A stretch of DNA of 64,000 bases, taken from Vicugna vicugna (taxonomy: Eukaryota). Under the pieces are notes generated by a model. The model had not been told where the DNA came from, did not search any database, and saw only the letters and a program-made list of their open reading frames with translations. The translations under genes and the position numbers were made by a program. Location: assembly GCA_013265495.1 (NCBI GenBank), contig MU058423.1, positions 1,067,061 through 1,131,060 of the forward strand. The letters run 5' to 3'. This document shows positions 49,550 to 62,458 of this stretch, piece by piece; positions within the stretch are counted from its first letter, which is position 1, and every line of letters starts with the position of its first letter.

Positions 49550-50960
49550 GTTTTAAAAAAATTGTCATATAATATACAAGAAAAATTTACCATATTAACC
49601 ACCTTTAAGTGTACAATTCAGCAGCATTAATTGCATTCACATTGTTGTACAACCATCACCACCATCTGTCGCCAGAACATTTTTTATCTTCCAAAACTTC
49701 AATTCTGTACTCATTAAACACTAACTCTCCCTTACCCCAGCTCCTGGTAATCACCATTCTGCTTTCTGCCTCTGTGAATTTGACTACTCTAGGTACCTTA
49801 TGTAGCTGGACTCAAATGGTATTTGTCCTTCCATGACTGCCTTATTTCACTCAGCATGATTTCCTCGAGGTTCATTTGTATTGTAGTATGTGCCTTTCCT
49901 TTTTAAGACTGAATAAGAGAGAAAAAAATGTGACAATGAATATATATATGTTCATGTGTAACTGAAAAATTTTGCTTTACACTGGAATTTGACACAACAT
50001 TGTAAAATGATTATAACTCAACAAAAAAATGTTAAAAAAAAGACTGAATAACACAATATTTCATTGTGTTGTCTCTACCACACTTTGTTTATCCATTCAT
50101 CCAGGTTAGGTTGTATTTCCGTCTTTGGGTTATTGTGAATAATGCTGCTATGAACATGGGTGTACCGACATCTGTCTGAGTCCCTGCTTTCAGTCCTCGT
50201 GGCTATATAACCAGAAGTGGAATTGCTGTATCATGTAATAACTCCATTTTAAATCTTCCGAGGAACTGCCGTACTATTTTCCATAGTGGCTGTGCCATAT
50301 TACATTCTTATCAGCAAGGTACAAAAGTTCCAGTTTCTCCACATCCTCATGAACATTTGTTATTTTCTGTTTGGTTTGGCTTTCTGTTTTGATAGCAGCC
50401 ATCCTAATGGGTGTGAAGTGGTATCTTACTGTCGTTTTGATTTGGATTTCCCTAATAATTAATGATGTTGAGCATCTCCTTATGTGCTTATCAATTATTT
50501 GTATATCTTCTTTGGAGAAATGTTGATTCTATTCGAGTCCTTTGCTTATTTTTTACTTTTGTTGTCATTGTTGCTGAGTTGTAGGAACTCCATCTATTCT
50601 AGATTTTAATTCCTTATATTAGATATGTGATTTGCAAATATTTTCTCCCATTCCATGAGTTGCCTTTTCACTCTGTTAATAGCATCCTTTGATGCACAAC
50701 AGTTTTAAATTTTGGCATAGTCTAAATTATTTATTTATTTACTTTGTTACCAATTTATTTATTTACTTACTTTTGGCGTCATATCCAATCCAATGATACA
50801 AAAGTACTTCCTTATGTTTTCTTCTATGAGTTTTATATGTTTAGCTCTTCCATTTAGTATTTTTATCCATTTAAAATTAGTTTTTGTATACAGTATAAAG
50901 CTTCAGTTTTTTTGCATGTAAACATCTAGTTTTTCCCAACGCTATTTGTTGAAAAGACCA
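49550..50960 (-). mobile_element. Old L1 (L1MA/MB-like) 3' portion
   Basis: aaaatttaccatattaaccacctttaagtgtacaattcag...aatgctgctatgaacatggg...ccatcctaatgggtgtgaagtggtatct. Confidence 0.9.
49917..50039 (+). mobile_element. ~123-bp young L1 extreme 3' end with perfect 12-bp TSD
   Basis: aagactgaataa at 49905-49916 and 50040-50051, preceded by tttt (TTTT/AA site). The sequence matches the L1 tail at 61825-61950. Confidence 0.9.
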
Positions 50961-51069
50961 TTGTCTTTTTAAATATTGCCTCTTTTTTCATTTGTAGTCT
51001 CTCTTTCGGAAAGCCCGATATAGATTTCTCACATCATCCTCTGTGTTTCTTAATCTTAATTTGTATTAT

Positions 51070-51178
51070 CTTTTTTTTTTTTAAAAAAAACTTATTTATG
51101 AGGAGGTACTAAGGATTGAGCCTAGGACCTCATGCATGCTAAGCATGCTTTTTACCACTTGAGCTATACCCTCCCCCC
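51070..51178 (-). mobile_element. Camelid vic-1-type SINE
   Basis: ggaggtactaaggattgagcctaggacctcatgcatgctaagcatgctttttaccacttgagctataccctcccc. Confidence 0.85.
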
Positions 51179-51994
51179 TGTTTCCATTATCTTTGTAATA
51201 TTAATTCTGTTTAATTTCCTCAGCTTTGTTTTTCAACTTACTAGTTGTTCTTCTGGGTCAGTCTACTATTTAACCTGCCCACTGAGTTTTAAATTCAATT
51301 ATTATATTTTCTTAATCTCTAGAAGATCTATTTAGTTCTTTTCCAAATATGACTTAATGTTTCTGACAGACTCTTATTCTTTGCCCATACTTTCAATTAT
51401 TCTCATACTTTTAAAGTATGTTATACATACTCATTTAATATTCTGCAACCATTAATACTTGTATTAAAGTCTTGGCTGGTGATTTTTTTTCCCTGTATGT
51501 TTCTGCTGTCTCTCACTTAGGGAATTTTGTGTACTTGTGTATCTTGTGATTTTTGATTGTGAGCTAACATTCCTTGGAACTTTGTGGAAATTCTTAGAGA
51601 CCTGAGTGGCGAGAATTTGTGTTTGCTTTTACCAGAGGCTAGGGTACTACCAATCTGGGGCCACATTGAACTAAATTTTTGATTTGGATTTTTTTTCAGA
51701 ACATGAAGAAAATCTGAATTCAGGCTCCAAACTTATCTGAGATCTCACATGTGCTTAAAAATTCACAAAGCTGACTTTTGACCCTGTACCAAATGCTATG
51801 ACTGATCTATTAACTGTTTTATTTTACTACATTCCTTTGACAGATATATATGTGTCTCTTTTAACTAGTTAGTATACTATAGTCCTTTGCAACTCTTGAA
51901 TAAATGTTTGGGTCTCTCATGATACTCTTGAACTTACTTAGACTTGAGACTTAACTGTGCTGCCTCCAAGTGGCCATTAAAACAAATGCTGTAG

Positions 51995-52328
51995 AGAAAC
52001 AGACTCACAGACATGAAAACAAACTTATGGTTAAGTGGGGGAGTGGGAAGGAGAGTCGAGAGATAAATTGGGAGTTCAGGATTTTCAGATACTAACTACT
52101 ATATAAAATGAAGAACTTAAAAACCAAGGTCCTACTGTACTATGGCACAGGGAACTATATTCAATATCTTGTAATGGCCTATAATGAAAAAGAATATGAA
52201 AAGGAATATATATGTGTATACGTATAATTGAATCACTATGCTGTACACCAGAAATTAACACAACTTTGTAAACTGACTTTTCTTAAATTAAAAAAATAAA
52301 ATGAAAATTAAAAAAAATGAACATGAAA
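51995..52328 (+). mobile_element. L1 3' end
   Basis: aacagactcacagacat...gataaattgggagttcagg...ctatgctgtacaccagaaattaac. TSD-like aaatgctgtaga / aaatgctctaga. Confidence 0.85.
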
Positions 52329-53364
52329 AATGCTCTAGATTACTATGAATCAGCAAATGCTCTAGAACAGCTCCCTGCTTTAGCATTCACTCTCCACTTC
52401 AGATCTGTGCTGTGGTTTCATCTTTGACCTTTTAATATTTCTTTTATTTTCTTGCCAAACAGAAGATATTTGTTATATTTTATCTGATGGTTTTGAGAGA
52501 TTTATAGCAGAAAGGTTTTTCAGATATGAAATCCTCTGTAGTATCACATACCTCCACAGGTTCTCATAGTTCTAAATTCTGTCATTTTTTAACTTGATCT
52601 TTGGTGTGTGTTTTGTTAATTTTATTATGTTTGTGTACGGTGTTTTATTTTAATTCTTATAATAGGTCTGTGAGATAGGTATTATTATCATCATTCCTAT
52701 TTTAAAGATGAAGAATTCGAGACATAGAAAAATTAAGTAATATGCCCAAGGTCACACAGCCAATAAGTAGTAGGTATTTGAATCTGGGAATTATGGCTTC
52801 AGTGCACCTGCCCTTAACCACTGCAATCAATCATATTCAGTTTCTTTTTTTGTACCCAGCACTCTTCCTTCCTGCTTACAATCAGAATGAGGAGGCAATG
52901 AATCCCCATATGGAACTATTAAAAAAAATGTAAGAAAATGTATACTCAAATTCTGTGGTATGTGTACAGGTTCTTAAGTACTATCCATGTTTCCAGAAAG
53001 GGCAATCAATGGAGAAGTTTCCTGCCAGTTTTAGACTTGAACTAGGTTTTGAGAAATGGATTAGAAAAGACTTAAGTAGGAGAAAAGGGAATGAGGAAGA
53101 AATTCGAAAAGTTGGGGTGGGGATATGCACCCAATGTCAGAAGAAGAAATGAGCATAATAATATATGTTTGAAAACCCTGGCCCAAGAAACAGAAGATCT
53201 TCTTAAAGAAGAAATGGGCAATTCGGCTGGACAGGTATGAGGAGCCTGAAAGTCAGATAAAGAAATTTATACGTAAGAGGTAGAACTTAAGTTTATGGGA
53301 GACACCTTTGTACTAGCATACCAGATGAAAATTATGAAAAACCATGATGGGTCTGATATTTTAC

Positions 53365-53785
53365 TCTACCTGCAAGCAAAAAAGGTAGCTTGTTGCATGG
53401 ATGCTGGCAGAAGACACAAAGCTCCTGAGTCAGAGACAAAGGACTTATTTGTGGCACAGGAAGAAGCATGAGTTTCAGTTTTCCATCTGCTATCCTTGCT
53501 CCTGGAGTCCCACAGAAAGGATGCAGAGTGAATGCTGTATATGCCAGGGGTTTGTATCACAGCTGAGGAACCTCAAGCCTGAGGAACTCCAATCTTTTAT
53601 AATGGGCTACAAGAACACTTGCCTGATTTTTGCCCAGAGGAAGACACTATGTTTATTATACTAAACAATAAACAAACCTGTTCCCTACCTTAGAGGAAGA
53701 CAGTCCAAAAATAAAACCACTTGTGCCTCTGCTTGCAAGATGGGAAGCAACATGAGAAAACCCATGACAAATTGTTGCCCAAAAG
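53365..53785. mobile_element. ERVL-class LTR (subfamily uncertain)
   Basis: ggatgctggcagaagacacaaagctcctgagtcagagacaaaggacttatt is typical of old ERVL LTRs as recalled. Confidence 0.5.
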
Positions 53786-53868
53786 AAGGAATCTGAAAAA
53801 TAGCAGTCTGAGTATGAAGTATTTGTGACATTTTATGTAATCTCCATGAAAGCGGGGATTTTTACCTG

Positions 53869-54216
53869 GTGCTATGGATTGAATGTTGGTGTCTCCTCCA
53901 AATTCATAAGTTGAAATTTTAATCCCCCATGTAATGATATTTTGTGAGGTAATTAGGTCATGAGAGTAGAGTCCCCGTGAATGGATTAGTGTCCTTACAA
54001 GATGAGACACCTGAGAGATGATCTCTCTATCTGCCGTGTGAAAGTGTACCAAGAAGAAGGCCATCTGAAAACCAGGACAGAGGCCTTCAGCAGACACCGA
54101 CTCTGCTGACACCTCGACCTTGGTCTTCCCAGCCTCCAGAACTGTGAGAACTCAATGTTTCTTATTTATGCCACCCCATCTATGATAATGTGTTAGAGCA
54201 ACCCAGGCTGAGACAG
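53869..54216 (+). mobile_element. MaLR solo LTR (MLT1A-like)
   Basis: tgctatggattgaatgttggtgtctcctccaaattcataagttgaa...cttcccagcctccagaactgtgagaa...gctgagaca. Confidence 0.88.
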
Positions 54217-54309
54217 CTGCTGTCAGTCTTGTTCACTGTAATAGTCCTACAGATAAGTGTGTAACAGGCCATCGATAGACATCTGTGGAATGCATTTAGT
54301 GTGTAACTG

Positions 54310-54530
54310 TTTTTTAATGTTTATCACATGCCAGGCCTGGCACTAACCACTTGGCAAGTGTTAACTCATTTAATCCTCATCACAATAGACACTTTTATTA
54401 CCCCATTTTACAGATGATAAACTTGAGGCACAGAAAGTCTTAATTAACTTACTCCAGGTCATACATGTACAAAGTGACAGAGCTGGGATTCAAACACCAA
54501 CATGTAATTCCAGAATCTGTGCTTTTAGTT
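54310..54530 (-). mobile_element. MIR SINE
   Basis: ttaactcatttaatcctca...ccccattttacagatgataaacttgaggcacagaaag...agctgggattcaaac. Confidence 0.8.
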
Positions 54531-54639
54531 AGTATAATGCCTGCCTGGTGGTGGTGGTGATTGGGAAAAACAGGTAAGAGGAAGTTTTAAAGGAAGACTA
54601 GGCTGGCTTTGGTGATTTCCTGGATATAGGGAATGAATA

Positions 54640-57365
54640 AAAAGGGATGGGTTTTAATCTTAGTGGCAATGGTGGAATAGAATACCTCAAAAGTCCACCA
54701 CTCTACAAAAGCAACTAAAAATCTGGCAAAAACTGTCAGAATAAACTTTTTTCGGAACTCAGGAGACCAACCAGGTGCTTGAAGCAATTCAAGGAGCACG
54801 TATTCTAGGAAAACAGCTGGATCTTGGTAAGAACAACAAGCTTTGTGGCATTTTAACTTGCCATAGTCCCACCTCCAGCTCCCCAGCTCAGTTGTGGCCT
54901 TGAAAATAACAGCCTGCATTCTAGTGCCCGTACCAGAGGGAGTGGGATAAATGTCACTTGGAAATATTTGTCTTTGGTTTATGTCTGGTGGCTCCTGAGA
55001 AGACCAGCTCAAAAGGTCTGTTTTATCTCAATGCAGAACTTGTAAAAGAGCAACAAAATTGTAAACCTTTATCTAGATTTACAAAAAAAAATAGGGAGAA
55101 GGCTCAAATGATTAAAATCAGGAATGAAAGCAGGCACGTTACCACTGGCTTCAGAGAAATGAAAAGAATTATAAGAGAATACTATGAACAACTGTATGCC
55201 AACAAATCAGATAATCTAGATGAAATGGACAAATTTCTCGAAACATGCTAACTGCCAAAACTGACTGAAGAGGAAATGGAAAAGCTGAACAGATCTACCA
55301 AAAGTAAAGAGATTGAGTCAGTAATTTAAAAAAGCAAAACAACTTCCAACAAAGAAAAACCTGGTACTAGATGACTTCACTGGTGAATTCTACCAAGTTC
55401 TCAAAGAATTAACACCAGTCCTACAGAACCAGTCCCCAAAAATAAAGAGCAGCAAATACTTCCTAACTTGTTCAAGAAGACAGTACAACTGTGATTTCAA
55501 AGTCAGACAAAGACATCAGAAGAAAAGGAAACTATAGGTCAATATCCCTTATAAACATAGATGTAAAAATTCTCGATAAAATACTAGCAAACTGAACTTA
55601 GCAGCATATAAAAAATATACATCATGACCAAGTAGGATTTATCCCAGAGATGATCGTTTTCATATACAAAAATCAATCAATGTAATAAAAAACATATGAT
55701 CATTTTAATAGACACAGAAAAAGCATTTGACAAAATCCGACATTCTTTCAAGATAAAAACACTTAACAAAACCAGAAATAGAAAGAAAATTCCTCAATCT
55801 GATAAAAGGTACTTATCGAAAATCCACAGCTAACATCAGACTTAATGGTGAAAGGCTGAAATTTTTCCCCCTAAAATAAAAAATAGGACAAAAATGACCA
55901 CTCTCACCATGTCTACTCAACATTCTATTGGGAGTTCTAACTAGGGCAATTAGGCAAGAAAAGACTAGAAGGCACTGAATTTGGAAAGAAAGAAGTAAAA
56001 CTATCTTCACTCACAGATGACATGATCTGGGTCCAATTTAAATATAAAAAGCCCGTTAGGTTTTCTTTAGAACACACACACATGCACACACACATACTAT
56101 TAGAGCTAGGAAGTGAGTTCAGTAAAGCTGAAGGATACAAGATTAATATATAAAAATTAGCTGTATTCTTATACACTAGCAATAAGCAATCCACAAATTA
56201 AATTAAGAAAACAATTTCAATTGCCACATCATCAAAAAGAATAACAACTTAAGAATCAATTATTGTTAAGATGGCATTATTCCACTTCAAACTCAGTCTG
56301 ACTATTAGCAAAAAGGAAACTAAGAAAACTACAGCAAAACAAAGCAAACAAAAAAACAGAAAATAAGTGTTGGTGAAGATGTAGAGAAATGGGATCCCTT
56401 GTGCACTGCTGGTGGCAATGTAAAATTGTGCAGCAGCTACAGGAAACAGTGTGGTGGTTCCTTAAAAAATTAAAAATTGAATTATTATATGATCAGTATA
56501 ATTCCACTTCTGAGTGTAGAGCCAAAAGAATTGAAAGTAGGGACTCAGATATTTGTATACCCACAGTCATAGCATTATTCACAATAGGCCAAAAGTGGAA
56601 GCAACTCAAGTGCTCAGAGACAGATAAATGGATAAACAACATATGGTATACACATATAATAGAATATTGAATGTATACATGTCTTAAAAAGGAAGGAAAT
56701 TCTGATACATGCTGCAACATGAATGAATTTTGAGGACAGTATGCTGAGTGAGATAAAGCAGTCATAAAAGTACACATACTGTATGATTTCACTTACATGA
56801 GGTACCTGGAACAGTCAAATTCATAGAGACTGAAAGTAGAATGGTGGTTGCCAGTGACTGAAGGGAGAGAGGAATAGGGACTTATTGTTTAGTGGATATG
56901 ATGTTTCAGTTTTAGAAGATGAAAATAGTTCTGGAGATAGTGGTGATGGTTGCAGAACAATGTGAATAAAGAAGATGTGGTATATCTATATAATGGAATA
57001 TTACTCAGTCATAAAAAGGAATGAGGTACTGATACATGCTACAATATGGATGAACCTTGAAGACATTATGCTAAGTAAAAGAATTCTGATACTAAAAGTT
57101 ATGTGTTCTATCATTCTGTTTATAGAAATGTTAAGAATAGTCAAATCCATAGATACAGAATGCAGACTAGTTGTTTCTGGGGGTGGTGTGGAGAGGAGGG
57201 AATTGAGAAGTATGGGGTTTCTTTTTCGGGAGATGGAAGTGTTCTGGGATTAGTGGTGACAGTTGGACAACATCACAAAGATACTGAAAATTACTGAATT
57301 GTATACTTTAAAATTGGTAAAATGATCACTTTTATGTTATGTGTATTTGATCTCAATTTTTTAAA
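54640..57365 (+). mobile_element. Fragmented old L1 (5' UTR piece, ORF2 pieces, two successive 3' ends)
   Basis: ORF2 peptide KRIIREYYEQLYANKSDNLDEMDKFLE, acagatgacatgatc (the xADD region), and 3' UTR motifs repeated at ~56.4-56.96 kb and ~56.97-57.36 kb. Confidence 0.88.
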
Positions 57366-57755
57366 AGGAATGAATCAAAGATGCATGAATCCCCATCAGG
57401 TTTCAAGTCTAGGTAATTAAGAGAATAATCTCATTGACAGAGATGAGTAAGTTACAAAGGAAGCCTCAGTTTTGAAGACAAATGGCAAATATGACTTTAA
57501 ACACGCTGGCTTCAAACTGAAAACTCAACTTTTGTTTGGAAATTGTGACCTCTGATAGATGTCTAGTGAGAGTTCAAGGCCAGAAATTAGATTTGGGAAT
57601 CTTCAGCATAGAGTACAGTAGATATTGGAAGGATGAGGCCTCTCCAAGAAAACAGTCCTTTCCTTGCATATCATAACCTACTCTCTCTTTTTGTGAGAAG
57701 GCCCAATGCTGCAAAACAAGCAAAACCCCATCAACTTAAAAAATGGCCCACTCTG

Positions 57756-57925
57756 ATAAACAGCGAAGTCCTACAGTATATAGCACAGGGAACTATATTC
57801 AGTATCTTAAACCATAATGAAAAAGAATATGTATGTATATATTTTATGTGTGACTGAATCACTATGCTGTACACCAGAAATTAACACAACATTGTAAATC
57901 AACCATACTTCAATTGATAAAAAAA
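57756..57925 (+). mobile_element. Short L1 3' end
   Basis: gataaacagcgaagtcctacagtatatagcacagggaactat. TSD-like ggcccactctg / gactcactctg. Confidence 0.8.
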
Positions 57926-58454
57926 GGACTCACTCTGGGTTGGCAAGACGAGTATAGGAATAGGGTAATTCTATTTTTATATCAAGCTTTCCAATTTGCA
58001 CCAGGGCTATTTCCCTTCTTCTCTTCAAGGTGGGGCCTGGTCTTTCAAAGAGGAAAATTCACTTTTCATCTCCTCAAAGCACTGACACATCAAGAAATGA
58101 TTATGCTAACATTTTTGGGAACTCTCTCCATTGTGAGTTTTAAGCAGAAGAGTGATGTTACTCAATTATGTTTTTGAGATCACTTGGATTGCTGTCTGTT
58201 GACTAGATGGGAGGAAGTATTCACGAGGACCAGACATAAAGTATTTCCCTCCTGGCAGTAAATCTCCTTGGAAATGAAACTCTTCAGTTTTTCTTTCAAA
58301 ATCAAGTTCTTCTCTGATTGTAGGGTTAAAAATATATGTACACCTGAGTTCACCCAGGGTACTTTAGTTTGATCTTTTTTGATTCATCAGTAAAAATACC
58401 CATAAAAAACTACATTTCAGAGTTGGGTTACCAAAGAACTCTTAACCTGTGCTG

Positions 58455-58508
58455 TGCGTGTGTGTGTGTGAGAGAGAGAGAGAGTGTGTGTGTGTGTATG
58501 TGTGTGTG
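58455..58508. repeat. Compound (TG)n(AG)n(TG)n microsatellite
   Basis: Direct observation. Confidence 0.9.
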
Positions 58509-60052
58509 TTTAGCAGAAAGGATTTCTTTAGAATTGTTCCAGATATTATAACCCAGTGGGGGAAATCTGCATATAGACTTTTGATTTTGGTTTCTCATCA
58601 CATTCCAAATTATGTTTTGTGTTTTCTCTTATCAGGAGGAAACCGAGTTTGTGAAGAAGTAGACATACATACACAGCTACGAAGTTACTCATCCGGCATT
58701 TCAGCAGATCTCCTAGAACAAGTGAAATAAACAGAAATCTGCAAGTAGTGCTTTGGTAAGATATTGTGGGACTCAATACTGTTGAATCAATGCAGGTCTG
58801 GCTAGCTCTTCTGTGTGTTCAGAGAATTTCCTTAGAGAATTAGGAGTTTAAAAGGATGCTCTCAGAGTGGCAAGAGACCAGGAAAATTTTCATTTGTTAT
58901 TTCATTATCCACGGTTACTGGGAAAAAAAAAACACTTATGATAAATTTTGAATCTAGGAGCCAATCTGGATGTGGACAAACATGCCCAGTATTGTTAAGT
59001 TTGAGTATAAGAGAAATGCTCCCTTCACATTATAAGTCACAGATGAAAGGGCACTCAGGTGGCTGTGCTGCATGAAGTCTGCATTTCTTTAAATGAAATT
59101 TTCCCACTCTTGGGTGACTGGTCCCAAACTTCACTTCTCTCTACACAGCCCTCGACTTCCTCTCTCAGTGACTGTGCCTGGTACTTGATCAAATAAATGG
59201 AGGCCACCAGGCAACTTTCTGATGCTCCTGCCTCTCATCCAACGTGGTCCTTTACACTCACGTGGAAGAAAGGAGCTGCTCAGTCACTTCTCCTTTATCT
59301 AACTGAAGCATCACGCCTGAGTTAAATGGCTATTTAAAGAAGGGAATGCTAATAGAGTGACTGTGCTCTGGTGACATCGATCTCATAAAAATCCATATCT
59401 TGCTTCCCTCTTCAAATGTTTCTTTTGAAGGCACTGGCCATCTTCCTGTCTCTTTCAATTTTGACTTGCTAGATTTCTTAAGCTGAGCCAGACCCAGTTT
59501 GTCTTGAGACTCTTTCTCCTTGGTCTCTGTGAAGGTATTCTTTCCTTAGGATTTTAGACATCTCAGGCTCCTTTATGGAGCCCCCCCCACCCTTTCCCTG
59601 CCCATCCACCGAACACTGGGCTCCTCCCAGCTATGCCCTAGCTCACTGCTCTTCTGTCTCCTGCTCCTTTCCCTGGTTAAGTCACTGATTCTCAAGACTA
59701 TAACTACCGCGTGCCTGTTCATGACCGCACATTTCTCAACTTGAATATTTCATAGGCACCTCAGACTTGGCATGTCCCCAGTTGCCTTCTCTACAAAATC
59801 ATTCCCCTTTTCAGTCTGCCTGCAAATTACTGATTTCAGTTCTCCCATCACTGTATTATTCAGAATTTTTTTAGGATTCTCATAGAAGACTTCAGATCCC
59901 CTATATGAACCTTGAGCTAAGAATGTGAAGTCCCAAGATCATCATTTTCTTTATTTAAGTTCTCTAGCACACCTAGAAGTAACCAATTCATCCTATCAAT
60001 TTGTTTTGTCACTAAAATATCCTATGATATCAAATACTTGTTCATCCAACGC

Positions 60053-60152
60053 TTTTTTTTTAAATTGAAGTATAGTCAGTTACAATGTGTCAATTTTTGT
60101 GTACAGCACAATGTCCCAGTCACGCATATACACACATACATTCGTTTTCATA
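60053..60152 (-). mobile_element. ~100-bp L1 extreme 3' end
   Basis: ttttttttaaattgaagtatagtcagttacaatgtgtc...gtacagcacaatg. TSD-like atccaacgcttt / atccaaagcttt. Confidence 0.7.
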
Positions 60153-60175
60153 TATCCAAAGCTTTACCGTTTATG

Positions 60176-60392
60176 GCAGAAGTTGGTAATCTATGCTTCC
60201 TAGACCAAATCTATCTTGCTCTCTGTTTCTGTCAGTAAAGTTTTATTGGAACACAGCCACATCCATTCATATACTTATTGTTTGTGGCTGCTTTTAAGTT
60301 ACAACCACAGACTTGAGTAGTTGTGGCTCAAAAAGCTTAAATATTTACTGTCTGTCCCTTTTCAGAAAAAGTGTTCCACCTCTGTTCCATAG
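60176..60392. mobile_element. MER58A-like hAT MITE
   Basis: taaagttttattggaacacagccacatccattcat...tggctgctttt...aatatttactgtctgtcccttttcagaaaaagt. Confidence 0.75.
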
Positions 60393-60599
60393 GCTTTGAT
60401 TAAAAGTGTCAATGGGTGATAATCTGTGTAACTTTTAATACTGCATGCCATATAATACCAGGGTGCCCACTTGAAACAGGGCCCTTAATACCTTTAAATC
60501 TAATAAAATCAGAGAATCAATTCCAAATAACCGAGAATCAATTCAGAGAACTCATCCTTCAGGTCCTAGACCTCTGGAATCACGTCCAGCACCAAATTT

Positions 60600-61226
60600 T
60601 CTATCAGTCTGAGTTTGATCAGAGAAATAAAACCACTGAAGATTTGTCCTTACACAATTGTGAGATGTAGGTAAATGATCTCAGTGAGACTGTGGTCTCT
60701 GTGCCTGACGCTAGAGCGTGAAGTTTACAGGACAGGCAGTCAGGAAGGGAAGACGGATATAAAATGAAGATGAGGGGCAGGAAGGAGCTGGAACCCTGAG
60801 CCACCAGCTGGGACTCACAAAGATGGACTGTAACCTGTGTTAGTTCCTCATCACCAACGCCTTCACCCTAGTGGGTGTCTGCAGGAGAAGCTGGCACACT
60901 TTGTCATGGTGCTAAATACTTACCTGGCCGAGGAGTCAAAAAAGCTGAAGGAGGATCCAGGACGAGGTAGAGCAACTGCAGAACTGGGTGCTGCTCCACA
61001 CCGAGGAGACGAGGCCCCAGATAAGAGACAATGTGCATGAACTCCACTGGTGCCTCCTGCACCAACTGTTTGTGCATTAGAACATACCTTATGGCTTCTG
61101 CTTCCCTTCCACCTCTTAAAGCTCACGCAAAATATCTCTTGTGCTCCACCCTAACCAGGAAAGTGCAGGGAAGAGAGTTCTGGGAAATAGTTATTTTAAC
61201 CAAATTAACAAATTTTAAAGCTCCAC
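60600..61226. mobile_element. MLT2-like ERVL LTR
   Basis: tatcagtctgagtttgatcagaga...ccttacacaattgtg...ccctaaccaggaaagtgcagggaagagagttctgggaaat. Confidence 0.55.
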
Positions 61227-61410
61227 AATCACATTCCCAATTATTAAATTTTTAATTAAGCCATTTAAAATTCCAATTAAATTATTATATTACATTAAAT
61301 TAAATCATTTCAATTTTCTAATTAAATTATAGTTTCTGTTTTTCTGTGTATGTAGTTTTTTTTTTTTTTTTTTAATAAAAAAGGGAAAAAGGGAAAAATC
61401 CTACATTGCT

Positions 61411-61510
61411 NNNNNNNNNNNNNNNNNNNNNNNNNNNNNNNNNNNNNNNNNNNNNNNNNNNNNNNNNNNNNNNNNNNNNNNNNNNNNNNNNNNNNNNNNN
61501 NNNNNNNNNN
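61411..61510. other. Assembly gap (100 N)
   Basis: Run of N; exactly 100 usually denotes a gap of unknown size. Confidence 1.
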
Positions 61511-61952
61511 ATTTGCAGCAACATGGATGCTCCTAGAGAATGTCATTCTAAGTGAAGTAAGCCAGAAAGAGAAAAAAAAATACCATATGAGATCGCTCAT
61601 ATGTGGAATCTAAAAAACAAAAACAAACAAACAAACAAAAACAAAGCATAAATACAGGACAGAAATAGACTCATGGACAGAGAATACAGACTTGTGGTTA
61701 CCGGGGTGGGGGGCGGGGTAGAGGGTGGGAAGGGATAGACTGGGGTTTCAAAATTGTAGAATAGATAAACAAGATTACACTGTATGGCACAGGGAAATAT
61801 ACACAAAATGTTATGATAAATCACAGAGAAAAAAATGTGACAATGAGTGTGTAAATGTCCATGAATGACTGAAAAATTGTGCTGAACACTGGAATTTGAC
61901 ACAACACTGTAAAATGATTATGAATCAATAAAAAATGTTAAAAAAAAAAAAA
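61511..61952 (+). mobile_element. Young L1 3' end with poly(A); its 5' part lies in the gap
   Basis: atttgcagcaacatggatg...ctaagtgaagtaagccagaaagag...tcaataaaaaatgttaaaaaaaa. Confidence 0.92.
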
Positions 61953-62458
61953 GAAAAGCACTTGATAACATTCAATAGATCTCCTACTATGTGGCTTCAA
62001 GCTACCAGGACACAGGCCCCACCCACACCCTTAATCTCAGCTCTTCTGCTGAAGAATTTGGATTTCACGATGACAGTCTGTTCTGGGAGATTTCCCTTCC
62101 CCAGAACTTTGTAGGATGCCGATGGCACCACGTCAGAGACAGGAGCAGCTCCAGTCTTGTTCTTGGCAGCATTTACCCGTGTCTGGTCCCTGACCAAGGT
62201 CCACAGTTTATCAAGGCTGACAGTTGGGCAGAAGCTCTGGTTCCCCTTTTAAGTGGTGATGCCTCATACTAACTTTCCCAAAGTGTCCCGGGTGATATTT
62301 GTTGAAGTTGATCCTAAGTGATGCATGCCACCAGCATTACCCTGGCCTCCTGGGTGCTTTCGGTGTTTATCGATGTGGTTGTGGTTGTGGCTCACGTGGC
62401 CCCTAAGTTTCCGGATCTTCCTTAGTCTGGATGGCATGTCGGCATCTGAGACGAAAGA
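61953..62458 (-). pseudogene. RPL27A: Full-length processed pseudogene of ribosomal protein L27a
   Basis: ATG at 62437 gives [17 protein letters not shown]...[17 protein letters not shown], with several frameshifts. C-terminus [15 protein letters not shown]...[11 protein letters not shown] (TGA at 61999-61997). Pyrimidine-rich 5' leader ttctttcgtctc. No introns. Confidence 0.95.

Noticed and set aside
60511..60550. Short direct repeat gagaatcaattc with 21-bp period
   Set aside because: Only two copies, consistent with an ordinary microduplication. Not an array, and CRISPR does not apply to mammalian DNA.
61240..61332. Very AT-rich stretch with many TAAT/ATTA motifs
   Set aside because: Low-complexity DNA next to retro-insertions and a gap; there is no evidence of function from sequence alone.
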